From: an uncultured archaeon
GTDB taxonomy: Archaea; Iainarchaeota; Iainarchaeia; Iainarchaeales; JAAZKV01
NCBI GenBank assembly: GCA_902385225.1
Contig: CABMEU010000004.1
Location: 20,662 to 84,661 of the forward strand
Reading direction: 5' to 3'
Length of the DNA stretch: 64,000 bases
In this document: positions 24,506 to 33,743 of the stretch, in pieces
How the letters are laid out: the number at the start of each line of letters is the position of its first letter
How positions within the stretch are numbered: position 1 is the first letter of the stretch
Translations under genes and position numbers: made by a program
The notes under the pieces: model-generated
What the model was told of the DNA's origin: nothing
Databases searched by the model: none
Seen by the model: only the letters and a program-made list of their open reading frames with translations

Positions 24506-26293
24506 ATGAGAAAAATAGTTTTTGCGCTGCTATTACTATTATTACTATGCGGGGCGGCTTATGCGGAAGAATTAATTTACCCAACTACAGTGGGAACGCT
24601 TAATGCGCAGGCAAGAATGTATGGGAATGGGACAATTTCGGGCCTTGAGAAAAACGAGCAGGCAAAATTTCAGACACTAACATTTCAGGAAAGCGAGTTT
24701 CAAAAAGTGCAAATAGTAAAGGAAGCACTGTATATCAACGGCGACACGATTTACCCATCACACATAGTTGATGAATTCGGCAACAAATATGTTGTGTTTA
24801 ATATCCCGCAGAATGGAGATTTTAATTACGAACTAATTGCGGATATACAAAATAATTCGCTCATAAGAGATGCCAGAGACTATAACCTGGGGGCAGTTGC
24901 GAAGGAAGCCCAAATGTATTTACTTCCAAGCGAGAAAATTGAAAGCAATTCGGTCGAAATCACTACTGTTGAGAAAAATAAACTCTATTCAAACAGCTTC
25001 TCTGATTCACTGAACAAAACCATAATTTGGGTGAATGATTACGTTGAGTACGCGCAAGGAAAAGATTTCACAAAATATTATTTGCTACAAAAATCCGCCA
25101 TGGAAACACTCCTTGATAAAAAAGGGGTATGTGATGAATTCTCAAACCTCGCGGCGGGACTCCTTCGCGCAAAAGGATTTGCAACAAAAATTGTCACAGG
25201 GATTACTTATGATGGGAAAGAATGGGGAAACCACGCATGGATAGAAGTATATCACGACAAGATGGGGACTTGGATACCAAGCGACCCGACATTTAGAGAA
25301 TCAGGGTTTGTTGACGCAATGCACATAAAAATCGGCTCATTCACTGATGTATCCCTCTCGCTCGCAAAAGCCTTCTTCCCCAAAAACGCGAGCGTGACAT
25401 TTTACACACAGACACTCCCTGATGTTAAGATAATAAGCAAAGAATATTTTGACGATGTAAAAGTGGATGCCCCTGAAACTGAACTCAAAACAATGCAGTG
25501 GAATGATGTGAATGTTAAAATAACAAACCTTACAAACAGGCCCATGATATTTCCTTTGAAAATACAAACATCCACAAGCAATAACAAAATAGACACGGTT
25601 GCCTGCGTGGGAGACAAAGCAAATCAGTGCTTAATAGTTGAAGAGGCAAAGCAATCCATAACTCTTGCGCCAAGAGAAACTAGAACAGTAACTTTCTGGC
25701 TTTACCCAAATATCTCGCTTGATGCACAGCACTACATACAAACAACCCTTACTTATTACTCTCTGAGCAAGCCGGCGACAGCAATTGTAAAAATAATAAA
25801 AGGGACCTACGGAACAACAGGAAAATTCCTGATAAACGATGTTACTCCAATCGCGCACGATAAGCAATTAACAATACAAATACAGGCAACAAACTTCTTC
25901 CCGCAGGATAAGAAGATTTCAATAAGAATCAAAAGCGATTCAGTGGATATTAACGGCGAAGAAACTATCGCAAGTTTTACGAGCAAAACAATTAACCGCG
26001 AAATTGATGATTACAATGATGACGCATATTATTTAGAAATAACAACCCCCACAAGCATATTGACTCAAACAATCGTGCCTGAAAAACAAGAAATCACTGT
26101 AGTGCCCACTGACCAGAATGTTATACAAGTAATAGACAAAAAACCAATATTGAATCAAATAATTGATGTCAATAAAGAGGATAATCTCGCAAACCAGCTC
26201 GTGGCAAACCCAATAATAATCATAATAATAATGCTTGCCGGAGTTGCGGTAATGCTCTTCATCCTATTCTGGGTGAATAAGAGATACGTCTAA
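24506..26293 (+). CDS. Secreted, C-terminally membrane-anchored transglutaminase-like (Cys-His-Asp) protein
   Basis: Signal peptide is MRKIVFALLLLLLLCGAAYA. The transglutaminase core is GVCDEFSNLAAGLLRAKGF...GNHAWIEVY...WIPSDPT. The C-terminal TM segment is IIIIIIMLAGVAVMLFILFWV. Confidence 0.8.
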   Translation: MRKIVFALLLLLLLCGAAYAEELIYPTTVGTLNAQARMYGNGTISGLEKNEQAKFQTLTFQESEFQKVQIVKEALYINGDTIYPSHIVDEFGNKYVVFNIPQNGDFNYELIADIQNNSLIRDARDYNLGAVAKEAQMYLLPSEKIESNSVEITTVEKNKLYSNSFSDSLNKTIIWVNDYVEYAQGKDFTKYYLLQKSAMETLLDKKGVCDEFSNLAAGLLRAKGFATKIVTGITYDGKEWGNHAWIEVYHDKMGTWIPSDPTFRESGFVDAMHIKIGSFTDVSLSLAKAFFPKNASVTFYTQTLPDVKIISKEYFDDVKVDAPETELKTMQWNDVNVKITNLTNRPMIFPLKIQTSTSNNKIDTVACVGDKANQCLIVEEAKQSITLAPRETRTVTFWLYPNISLDAQHYIQTTLTYYSLSKPATAIVKIIKGTYGTTGKFLINDVTPIAHDKQLTIQIQATNFFPQDKKISIRIKSDSVDINGEETIASFTSKTINREIDDYNDDAYYLEITTPTSILTQTIVPEKQEITVVPTDQNVIQVIDKKPILNQIIDVNKEDNLANQLVANPIIIIIIMLAGVAVMLFILFWVNKRYV

Positions 26294-26392
26294 ACCGCTA
26301 GAAAGCTGCCAGAGCAAAAAGAAATCCATACTTTTTCTAACCCAAATGAGGATTTAAAAGCGTTTGGCAAAAAGAATCAATTACTAGCTAAT

Positions 26393-26463
26393 GCGAGGGT
26401 AGTATAGTGGTAGTACTCTACCTTGCCAAGGTAGGAGCTCGGGTTCAAATCCCGGCCCCCGCA
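26393..26463 (+). tRNA. tRNA-Gly (anticodon GCC)
   Basis: Hand-folded: anticodon stem CTACC/GGTAG with loop TTGCCAA, T arm TCGGG-TTCAAAT-CCCGG, acceptor GCGAGGG/CCCCCGC with an A4:C67 mismatch, discriminator A. Confidence 0.85.
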
Positions 26464-26540
26464 TATAATTTCTTTGCCGACAAAAACAGGTTCTTGGCGG
26501 ACGCACTAAGTTTTTTTCTCCTTAGAAACAAGATTACTAA

Positions 26541-27485
26541 TTATCTTCTTCTTTTCCTCTTAGCAAGTTTTCTAACCGGCGCCTTGTGCTTTGGGTGAAG
26601 CACTCTGTGAGCAAGAATTCTCTTTATACTGTGCGAAGCCGCTCTGTGCGCAGAGAGCTGGGAGAATACTTCAATTATAGAGTAATGATAAGCTATTAGA
26701 GTCGGACCAAGAGCGAATATTACCGCCGCTTTGAACCCTAAAGAAAGCGCTATCGGGTTAATTAAGAAATAACTCAAAACAAGAGAAGCGATTACCCAAA
26801 GGCAGAGAGAAACAAATGAGAACAATATTCCGGCAAGAACTATTGAGAGAAGAATTGAAGTAAGTGTGTGATAAAAATTGTGCTTTGTCAAATCAGCGGC
26901 TTCCTTAATCGCCTCAACTGGAGAAACATTCCTTGAGCAAAATACGCTTGTTGAGAAGAACACCCTCACCGCGTTGTAAATCACAACAATAAAATAAGCC
27001 ACTAACGAAAGAATAAATAAATTAAATATAAATTGGGACGCTGATGCCAAATAATAATAAAAGACGAAAACCGAGAGAACAATTAACAGCAGCTGAATCG
27101 CCCTAAATCCCTTATAGATACTCCAAAAGAATACATAAAACAATTCAATGAAAACAAGCACGATTAGATTCAACAGTCGCCCTACTGAAAAATCTTTACA
27201 CTCGGAGTGCTTATGCGCAAGGCATCCCTGAATAAGAACAATTACCCCCACAATCACCGCAAGGTACAAAATATCATACAATGCAACAACTAGAGGAAGC
27301 ATTGAACTCGGATAAAGCCCCTTATCAATTACTTCCGGCAAAAAAACCAGAACAGGGAGCGCAATCCAAAAGAAAATCAAAAACCACAATACTTTCCTCA
27401 TCGAAACCCAGGATACTGCCGAGGACACTACCTTTGCGTAATTCATGCCAAAAGGAAGGGATTCTTTGTTTAAAAATATTGCCAT
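26541..27485 (-). CDS. Hypothetical polytopic membrane protein (314 aa) with a basic C-terminal tail
   Basis: It has many hydrophobic segments and a C-terminus ...HPKHKAPVRKLAKRKRRR. No catalytic motif seen. Confidence 0.5.
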   Translation of the reverse strand: MAIFLNKESLPFGMNYAKVVSSAVSWVSMRKVLWFLIFFWIALPVLVFLPEVIDKGLYPSSMLPLVVALYDILYLAVIVGVIVLIQGCLAHKHSECKDFSVGRLLNLIVLVFIELFYVFFWSIYKGFRAIQLLLIVLSVFVFYYYLASASQFIFNLFILSLVAYFIVVIYNAVRVFFSTSVFCSRNVSPVEAIKEAADLTKHNFYHTLTSILLSIVLAGILFSFVSLCLWVIASLVLSYFLINPIALSLGFKAAVIFALGPTLIAYHYSIIEVFSQLSAHRAASHSIKRILAHRVLHPKHKAPVRKLAKRKRRR

Positions 27486-27521
27486 TTGAACTAAAAATAA
27501 GAATAGCTTACAAAATCACCG

Positions 27522-28229
27522 CTAAGCATAGATTAATTTTTCCCCGAACTGATCAGCCAGTAAATGCAAATATTCATTTTGTCTCTCTCTGCCAAGCCCC
27601 ATTAGAACCTCTCTCTTCTGCAATTCTGGAAGATTATGCACAAAAGAAACCGCCTGAGAGGTTATGGGGTTTGAGTAATCGCACAAAGTACGTTTAATCT
27701 GCTCAAACCCGTGCAAATCATAAAGACAAAAACGATAAAGCCTCTCAAAATCCTCATTTAGGAATTTAATGAAAACAAATGAGTCTATTCCCCGCGCCCC
27801 GCTGTTAATGAAAACATCCCCCCAACTGGAGAGAGTAATCCCCGAAGCACAGCAGTCATCAACAAGAATCACTTTTCCCTCCACCCGTCCTGCGGAGAAA
27901 AGATTTCTTGAATAATGCGCGTCCTTTTCTTCACGACTCATGCACACATATGACTTAGTCTGAAAAGTATGCGCCCCAATACACGCAAGAGGAATTCCGC
28001 TTAATTTTGAAACCTCCCTTGACAAGAGCTCGGAAGAATTCAAATGATTCTCAACATGACAGCAGCCAATATAATTTCCCTCAGCCCCTTTTCTTTCCAT
28101 CAAAGAAAACACATCATCAGCCATTTCCTTTACCGCGTCCATGTCACCGAATTTTGCGCGGGAAAAGAGCTCCAAATTGCACCTGTTCTTTTTGTTAAAA
28201 GTACTAATAATATGGCATGAATTTAACAT
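27522..28229 (-). CDS. Phosphoribosyltransferase-domain protein (type I PRT fold), function unknown
   Basis: The PRPP-binding-type motif is KVILVDDCCASGITL. The rest is unassignable. Confidence 0.55.
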   Translation of the reverse strand: MLNSCHIISTFNKKNRCNLELFSRAKFGDMDAVKEMADDVFSLMERKGAEGNYIGCCHVENHLNSSELLSREVSKLSGIPLACIGAHTFQTKSYVCMSREEKDAHYSRNLFSAGRVEGKVILVDDCCASGITLSSWGDVFINSGARGIDSFVFIKFLNEDFERLYRFCLYDLHGFEQIKRTLCDYSNPITSQAVSFVHNLPELQKREVLMGLGRERQNEYLHLLADQFGEKLIYA

Positions 28230-28328
28230 CCAACTTACCCCAACAGGGAATTCCCCCGAAAAACTGCCATACTAATGGGAAATGGACTATAAAAATATTC
28301 CTAAAAGAGAATCTTGCTCAAAGAAAAA

Positions 28329-28961
28329 TTAGAAAAGAGTTTTTTCAACCAAGGGCTTTATCTGAGCAAAAACATCCTCAATTGATTTGTTTGCATTAAT
28401 CAGCTTAATGTTTTCTCTTGGGAGAAACGAGGGCATTTTGTGAAAATAGCTCTGGAGGTTTGAAACAAACTCAAGCTCGCGGAAATTATCGCTCGTTTTG
28501 CGCTTATCCTTGTCCTCCGCAGAGGAAATTCTTCTCACGGCTTCCTTTGGCTCAACATCAAGAATCAATGCAAGGGATGGAGCAAGAAAATCTTTGTGAG
28601 CATTAAACACTTTATTAAAATCAGTTCCTTGAACAGTTTGATAGGCAATACTTGAGTATTTGTATCTGTCACAAATCACAACAAAATTCTTCTCAAGCGC
28701 GGGCTTTATTATATTCTCTATGTGCCACGCCCTATCATCAACAAATGCTTGAAAAATTTCATCAGCAAAATCCGCCGGAGAGGACTGCTTCTTGAAAAGC
28801 TGGCGCACCTTTACCCCAAACGGACCGTTAGTGGGCTCATCAGTGACCAAAATATTATCATACTTCTTGCTCTTGTCAAAAATATACTCAAAAGTTTTTT
28901 TTATCATTGTTCCTTTGCCCGAACCAGGACCGCCGTCAAAAACAATAAAGCTGCCAGCCAT
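28329..28961 (-). CDS. Thymidylate-kinase-like P-loop nucleotide kinase (divergent paralogue)
   Basis: P-loop FIVFDGGPGSGKGT, then TDEPT and CDRY (the DR(Y/H) motif position). 210 aa. Confidence 0.65.
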   Translation of the reverse strand: MAGSFIVFDGGPGSGKGTMIKKTFEYIFDKSKKYDNILVTDEPTNGPFGVKVRQLFKKQSSPADFADEIFQAFVDDRAWHIENIIKPALEKNFVVICDRYKYSSIAYQTVQGTDFNKVFNAHKDFLAPSLALILDVEPKEAVRRISSAEDKDKRKTSDNFRELEFVSNLQSYFHKMPSFLPRENIKLINANKSIEDVFAQIKPLVEKTLF

Positions 28962-28979
28962 AAAAACACCACAAACAAA

Positions 28980-29660
28980 CTAATTATCCAAAACTTTTTT
29001 AACTTCCTTCCAAATCATTTCATGAATCTGGGGAACCGAAAGTATTTCTCCATTTTTTGTGCAGTCAATCACATTCCAATTATATCTCTTGGCGACTTCA
29101 ATATACGCACCCTCGGCTTTTCTTAAGTGGTCTGTGTCCGCCTCCAAAATGTCGCGCTTCGAACCGCCCACATAATCGCGGTGACCTTTTTTGTCAACCA
29201 TTTTCTGGGCGACTAAATAAGGAACATAAAGCAAAATCACCATATCGGGTCTTGGAATATTAAAAAATCCAAATTCTAATTCTTCAAGCCATTCCAAATA
29301 TTTAATTCTCTCTTCTTTGCCATTAATCATTCCAGTCTGGTGACCCATGTTAGCGGAAACATATCTGTTGCAAATAACAGTTTTTCCTTCTTCCAAATCT
29401 TTTTTCATTTTAAATGAAGCGTCATATCTATCCAGCGCGTAAAACATTGAGGCAACCCTTGGATTCACTTCACTCGCCGAACCATACTTTCCATTCAAAT
29501 AATTCTCAACCATCCCTGCGCTCTTCTGACCATACTGAGGAAAATCAAAATATGCTGTTGAAATATTCTCCTTCGCAAGCCTTGCGAGTAATTCCTTTGA
29601 CTGCGTAGCTTTCCCGCTCCCGTCAGTGCCCTCAATCACAATTAGTTTTCCTTTGCCCAT
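28980..29660 (-). CDS. tmk: Thymidylate kinase
   Basis: LIVIEGTDGSGKATQSKELL, YALDRY, ICNRYVSAN and the LID region KKGHRDYVGGSKRDILE. 226 aa. Confidence 0.8.
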   Translation of the reverse strand: MGKGKLIVIEGTDGSGKATQSKELLARLAKENISTAYFDFPQYGQKSAGMVENYLNGKYGSASEVNPRVASMFYALDRYDASFKMKKDLEEGKTVICNRYVSANMGHQTGMINGKEERIKYLEWLEELEFGFFNIPRPDMVILLYVPYLVAQKMVDKKGHRDYVGGSKRDILEADTDHLRKAEGAYIEVAKRYNWNVIDCTKNGEILSVPQIHEMIWKEVKKVLDN

Positions 29661-29719
29661 AATACTCTGATAAAAACAGAATTGAACTCCTTAAAAATAA
29701 TTGCACACAATTAATTTGT

Positions 29720-30031
29720 ATGAATTGGCGCGGAATCAAAATTGCGATTTTTAAAAAAGCGGGCATAAAACCAAAAAACCCTATTGAACCCCCGCTTAGA
29801 AGAACAATACGAGTACTTAACTCCATGAAGGTCAGCAGGGAAGAAAAAGCGAGAATAATTAAAATTACCCGCAGAGTATTGCGCCAGCGGGCAAGCGCAA
29901 AAGCAATGGGCGTGAATTTCCATACAGGGATCAACCTTAAGGTCAAAGAAGCCGAAAAAGAAGTTGAGGAAATCCTGGGCTTAAGAAGAGGAAATCAGTT
30001 CTGGGCGAGGGCAAACGACCCCTACTTTTGA
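29720..30031 (+). CDS. Hypothetical basic protein (103 aa)
   Basis: Non-overlapping ORF with no motif. The antisense ORFs 29632..29946 and 29711..29923 look worse (Phe/Leu/Cys-rich). Confidence 0.35.
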   Translation: MNWRGIKIAIFKKAGIKPKNPIEPPLRRTIRVLNSMKVSREEKARIIKITRRVLRQRASAKAMGVNFHTGINLKVKEAEKEVEEILGLRRGNQFWARANDPYF

Positions 30032-30115
30032 GCCCCAAAGCCAATATTTAAAAAAGAAAGCAAGGGGAAGTTATTTTAGTAAACCCTTAAAGCAAAGCTT
30101 TTTTGGTTAAAACAT

Positions 30116-30186
30116 GCGTTCGTGATGTAATGGTAGCATAAAAGCCTTCCAAGCTTTTTGTCGGGGTTCAAATCCCCGCGGGCGCA
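30116..30186 (+). tRNA. tRNA-Gly (anticodon UCC)
   Basis: Hand-folded: acceptor GCGTTCG/CGGGCGC (two G-U), D arm ATGT/GCAT, anticodon stem AAAGC/GCTTT with loop CTTCCAA, T arm CGGGG-TTCAAAT-CCCCG, discriminator A. Confidence 0.9.
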
Positions 30187-30224
30187 CTCTTTCTTTTTTA
30201 TTCTAATCGCAACAAGGTTTAATT

Positions 30225-30770
30225 ATGAAAAGCCCATTTACTCCCGCAGGAAATAATCCAAGGGGTTCTTTTGCTAGACTCCAACTCGCCCGCGCGATGG
30301 AATTGCGAAAAAAACAACAGGCAATTGAGGCGGCAGAGGGAACAAAAAAGAAAGTTGGATTAAACGAGCTAGTCCAAGCCGAGCTGGGAAAACAAGAGCA
30401 CTCATTTGGAAACCTCCCAACAATAACAAGAGCAATTAACACCGCAACAAATAATGGAGAAAAAAAACTCACTCTTGGGGAGCTTGTGCACACCATGGCA
30501 AACGGGGAAACCGATGCTATCAAGGTGCTTGGAAAGATAAAAATAGCGATGAGCGGAATGGATTTAATCCTGCCAAAAGAAGGTGAAAGGCATGCACAAC
30601 AGGAATTAACATTTGATCCACTAGCAAGCACAATAGAAACCGCTTACTTTGAAGCCGTAAAACAGTTTGGTGAAGGACCCTCAGCGTTGATGCACGCAAT
30701 AGAGGGAGCAAAATATAAAGAAGCAAGGAGAATTATTGAACAAAGAATGCAACAAGCGAAGGGACAATGA
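30225..30770 (+). CDS. Hypothetical protein (181 aa)
   Basis: The ORF has a 4-nt ATGA overlap with the downstream Rpp21 gene. No motif. Confidence 0.45.
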   Translation: MKSPFTPAGNNPRGSFARLQLARAMELRKKQQAIEAAEGTKKKVGLNELVQAELGKQEHSFGNLPTITRAINTATNNGEKKLTLGELVHTMANGETDAIKVLGKIKIAMSGMDLILPKEGERHAQQELTFDPLASTIETAYFEAVKQFGEGPSALMHAIEGAKYKEARRIIEQRMQQAKGQ

Positions 30771-31108
30771 TGATTAAAGAAAAGAAACAAAAAAAGGAAC
30801 CTGAAAACAAAACAGCAGGCACTCGCGGCGAGAAAAAACTCAAAGGCAACCAAAAAATCGCGCTTGAGAGGATTTACAGATTATTTGAACTTGCGCAAGG
30901 CAATGAGGAATACTCAAAGAGATATTTACAGCTCGCAAAAAGAATCGGAGAGAAATGCAGGGTGAGCGTGCCAAAGGAACTAAAGGAAAAATACTGCAAG
31001 AAATGCTTCTCATTAAAAATAACACAGAAAAAAGAGGAACCGTTTTTGGTTGTCAAATGCAACGAATGCGGATTTACTAAGAAGTTTGGGGTTTTGGAAA
31101 AGAAGTGA
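30767..31108 (+). CDS. rnp4: RNase P protein subunit Rpp21/Rpr2 (zinc ribbon)
   Basis: RIYRLFELAQ...YSKRYLQLAKRIGEKCRVSVPKELKEKYCKKCFSLK...VKCNECG is the Rpr2 helical region plus CxxC...CxxC ribbon. Confidence 0.8.
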   Translation: MMIKEKKQKKEPENKTAGTRGEKKLKGNQKIALERIYRLFELAQGNEEYSKRYLQLAKRIGEKCRVSVPKELKEKYCKKCFSLKITQKKEEPFLVVKCNECGFTKKFGVLEKK

Positions 31109-31341
31109 TATTAATGCCGGCTACAAGAGGATCGAGAGTAGTTATTCATATGCAATCCCCTGGACACAATAATCCAAGAGTTATAGCAAATATGCACATG
31201 GATCACGGGGGAAGAAAAAATTTTGACCTTATGCTTAGAAAAGCAAGAGCAATTGCAAAGAAACTTAAAGCGGTCAAAGCTGGAACAACAATCACTATCA
31301 CAGGAAAACTAGACCCAAAACTGACTAAAAGGAATAAATAA
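31105..31341 (+). CDS. Hypothetical small basic protein (78 aa)
   Basis: The ORF overlaps the Rpp21 stop by 4 nt (translational-coupling geometry). No motif. Confidence 0.4.
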   Translation: MILMPATRGSRVVIHMQSPGHNNPRVIANMHMDHGGRKNFDLMLRKARAIAKKLKAVKAGTTITITGKLDPKLTKRNK

Positions 31342-31465
31342 ACCCCAAAAAAGAAAGCCAAGAACCAACCTTTTTAAAGGTTTTGAGGGGGGTTTTCTCT
31401 ATTGAGTCTGTTAGCTCCCTTCGGGTTGAGCAAATAATGACTGCAATAAGTCAAAAGGTGAAATA

Positions 31466-32047
31466 ATGGGAATACATGATATACCAGCAGAATACTTAAT
31501 CGAAGAGACTGCTAAAATACTAAGCGAAGGAATAGAAAAGCCTGCTTGGGCAGATTATGTTAAAACAGGGGTTCATAATGAAAGAGCACCCGCAAGAGAA
31601 GACTGGTTCTATGTAAGAATGGCGAGCATATTATACAGAGCATTCAAATGGGGAACAATCGGAACCGAGGCACTTAGATCTTACTACGGCGGAAGAAGAA
31701 ACCGCGGAGTAAAAAGAGAGCATCATTACAAAGCAAGCGGAAAAGTAATACGCTCATGCGTGCAGAACCTTGAGAAAGCTGGTTATTTAGAAAGAGCACA
31801 GCCAAAAGGAAGAAAGGTTTCTGTAAAAGGATTTAAACTTTTGAACGAAATGGCAAAAATCGCAGAGAAGAACATGAATGCGAATGTTTACGCGAACAAG
31901 CCAAAAGAAAGAAAAGCTTTCGATGAGAAGAAGAGAAAAGAAGTACAGGACACTCTCAAAGGACAAGAAAGAGGACACGGCAAGGGCGAAGAGAAGAAAT
32001 CCTCTCAGAAGTCCGTAAAGAAGAAAGCAAAAGAAGGTGAGCAGTAA
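31466..32047 (+). CDS. rps19e: Ribosomal protein eS19 (S19e) with a K/E-rich C-terminal tail
   Basis: DIPAEYLIEETAKIL...PAWADYVKTGVHNERAP..EDWFYVRMASILYR...GGRRNRGV...H..ASGKVIR..VQNLEKAGYLE is the S19e core. GGTGA RBS upstream. Confidence 0.9.
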   Translation: MGIHDIPAEYLIEETAKILSEGIEKPAWADYVKTGVHNERAPAREDWFYVRMASILYRAFKWGTIGTEALRSYYGGRRNRGVKREHHYKASGKVIRSCVQNLEKAGYLERAQPKGRKVSVKGFKLLNEMAKIAEKNMNANVYANKPKERKAFDEKKRKEVQDTLKGQERGHGKGEEKKSSQKSVKKKAKEGEQ

Positions 32048-32307
32048 TGGCTAGACACAAGGACGAGGATTTTAAGGACTACATGATAAGCTCAAGAAAA
32101 AAAGTGGGCTCAGGACTTACAAATGCACCTGTATGGCTAATGCAAAAAGCCGGAAAGAGAATCTGGAACACTAAACAAAAGAGAACCTGGAAGAACATTG
32201 ACATGAAAATGGGATTTTTCGCTGCAAAGAAAAAGCAGAAGGCAAATACCAGAAAGAGCGGAGACCACAAGAAACACTCAAAACATGTTTCTGCGAAGGT
32301 TGAATAA
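32047..32307 (+). CDS. rpl39e: Ribosomal protein eL39 (L39e) with extensions
   Basis: APVWLMQKAGKRIWNTKQKRTWKNIDM resembles the L39e core (.P.W...KT.r.v....kRRhWRRtKL). Its position between eS19 and eL31 fits the conserved archaeal cluster. Confidence 0.65.
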   Translation: MARHKDEDFKDYMISSRKKVGSGLTNAPVWLMQKAGKRIWNTKQKRTWKNIDMKMGFFAAKKKQKANTRKSGDHKKHSKHVSAKVE

Positions 32308-32324
32308 AATAAGGTGATTGAAAA

Positions 32325-32750
32325 ATGGCGCAAGAATTCAAAGAAAAAACAATTACTGTAAATTTAAGAGCGGTATTTGCTAAACCAACTACCAAAAGAG
32401 CGATTAATGCCAAGCACGTTCTAAAGAACGCTGTGAGAAAAGAAACAAGATTAAAAGAATTAAAGATAAGCAACAAAGTGAATGAACTCATCTGGAGCAG
32501 AGGAAGATTCAACGCCCCAAGAAAAATGACAATAAAAGTTATTGCTGAGAAGGAAAACGGAATAATTATGCTTCCTGAGGAAAAATACGAAGCTAAGAAA
32601 GATAAGAAGGACCAGAAAGGAAAGGCTCCTGCAAAAGAAGAAGCAAAGAAAACTGAAGAAAAAGCTGAAACTAAAAAAACAGAAGAGAAGAAAGAAACTA
32701 AAACTGTGAAAGAAAAAGCTCCTGCGAAAGCAGCAGAAGAAAAGAAATAA
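32325..32750 (+). CDS. rpl31e: Ribosomal protein eL31 (L31e) with a K/E/A-rich C-terminal tail
   Basis: ITVNLRAVFAKPTTKRAINAKHVLKNAVRKETRLKELKISNKVNELIWSRGRFNAPRKMTIKV is the L31e core. Confidence 0.85.
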   Translation: MAQEFKEKTITVNLRAVFAKPTTKRAINAKHVLKNAVRKETRLKELKISNKVNELIWSRGRFNAPRKMTIKVIAEKENGIIMLPEEKYEAKKDKKDQKGKAPAKEEAKKTEEKAETKKTEEKKETKTVKEKAPAKAAEEKK

Positions 32751-32799
32751 TTATCTAAAGCGGTCCCTTAGAAAGACTAATTAAGGGGCTGCACTTATT

Positions 32800-33477
32800 T
32801 TGATACAAATGGAAGAAATGAATATAGCAAAAATACGAGTACTCGGCTCAACATATGCGGGATTATTCTGCGTTGCTAATGACAACTTGTGCCTTGTTCC
32901 AACCTCAATTGATGACAAAACCATGAAAATAATTGAGGAGGTTCTTGAGGTTAAAGCGGTGAAGGGCAGCATATATGGAAGCTCATTACTTTCCGTGTTC
33001 GCGAAAATGAACAACAAACACGCATATTTGCCATCATTTGCCGAAGGAAAAGAAGTTGAGGCAATTGAAAAAGAAATTAAGGTAAAACTTATCCCTACCG
33101 AAAACGCGCTTGGAAATATGATGGAAGTTAATGACACTGGCGCAATCGTATCAAAAACACTGGGAAAGAAAGCGGTGGATGAAATGAGAAAAACCGGACT
33201 TATGATTGCGCAAACCAATATCGCAAAAACTGATGTTACAGGCTCATGCATCGTTGCAACAAACAGAGGATTTTTGGTTAACCCTTACGTTTCAAAAGAA
33301 GAAGCTGAATTAATAGCAAGCGCACTTGGAGTAAAGGGCGGAAGCGCTACTGCAAACACCGGAGACATGTTTGTTCGAAACTCGGTGCTTGCTAACAAAA
33401 AAGGAATTTTAGTGGGAGAAAACACCACCCCTCATGAAATCAATAAAATTGAGGAAGCGCTCGCAGGAGAGGCATAA
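32800..33477 (+). CDS. eif6: Translation initiation factor 6 (aIF6)
   Basis: It shows five-fold pseudo-repeat sequence with family hallmarks: GSTYAGLFCVANDNLCLVP, GSSLLSVFAKMNNKHAYLP, LGNMMEVNDTGAIVS, VTGSCIVATNRGFLVNP, NTGDMFVRNSVLANKKGILVGENTT..E. Confidence 0.9.
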   Translation: MIQMEEMNIAKIRVLGSTYAGLFCVANDNLCLVPTSIDDKTMKIIEEVLEVKAVKGSIYGSSLLSVFAKMNNKHAYLPSFAEGKEVEAIEKEIKVKLIPTENALGNMMEVNDTGAIVSKTLGKKAVDEMRKTGLMIAQTNIAKTDVTGSCIVATNRGFLVNPYVSKEEAELIASALGVKGGSATANTGDMFVRNSVLANKKGILVGENTTPHEINKIEEALAGEA

Positions 33478-33547
33478 GAACCCCAATCAAAAAGGGAAAG
33501 GTTATAATCCATTTGAAATAATTAAATTAATAGGAAAAGGTGAAAAA

Positions 33548-33721
33548 ATGAAAGCATACGAAGTAAAAGGATACTACACAAAAAGCGGGAAACACACATT
33601 TACCATAAAAGTAAACGCAGAAAGCGAGAAACTTGTCAGAGAAAAAGTATTCGCTGAATTCGGAGGAAAACAGGGAATAACAAGAAGACACATTATAGTT
33701 GAAAGCGTAAAAGCGGCTTAA
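33548..33721 (+). CDS. rplX: Ribosomal protein LX (L18Ae family)
   Basis: MKAYEVKGYYTKSGKHTFTIKVNAESEKLVREKVFAEFGGKQGITRRHIIVESV. GGTGA lies 5 nt upstream of the ATG at 33548. Position after aIF6 fits the conserved cluster. The track ORF start at 33434 overlaps aIF6 and is unlikely. Confidence 0.75.
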   Translation: MKAYEVKGYYTKSGKHTFTIKVNAESEKLVREKVFAEFGGKQGITRRHIIVESVKAA

Positions 33722-33743
33722 TAAATACGAAAAAGGTGAAATT

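Noticed and set aside
26393-26463. The A4:C67 mismatch in the tRNA-Gly(GCC) acceptor stem as a sign of a pseudogene
   Set aside because: All other arms fold canonically and the anticodon loop is standard. A single acceptor mismatch is tolerated in real tRNAs.
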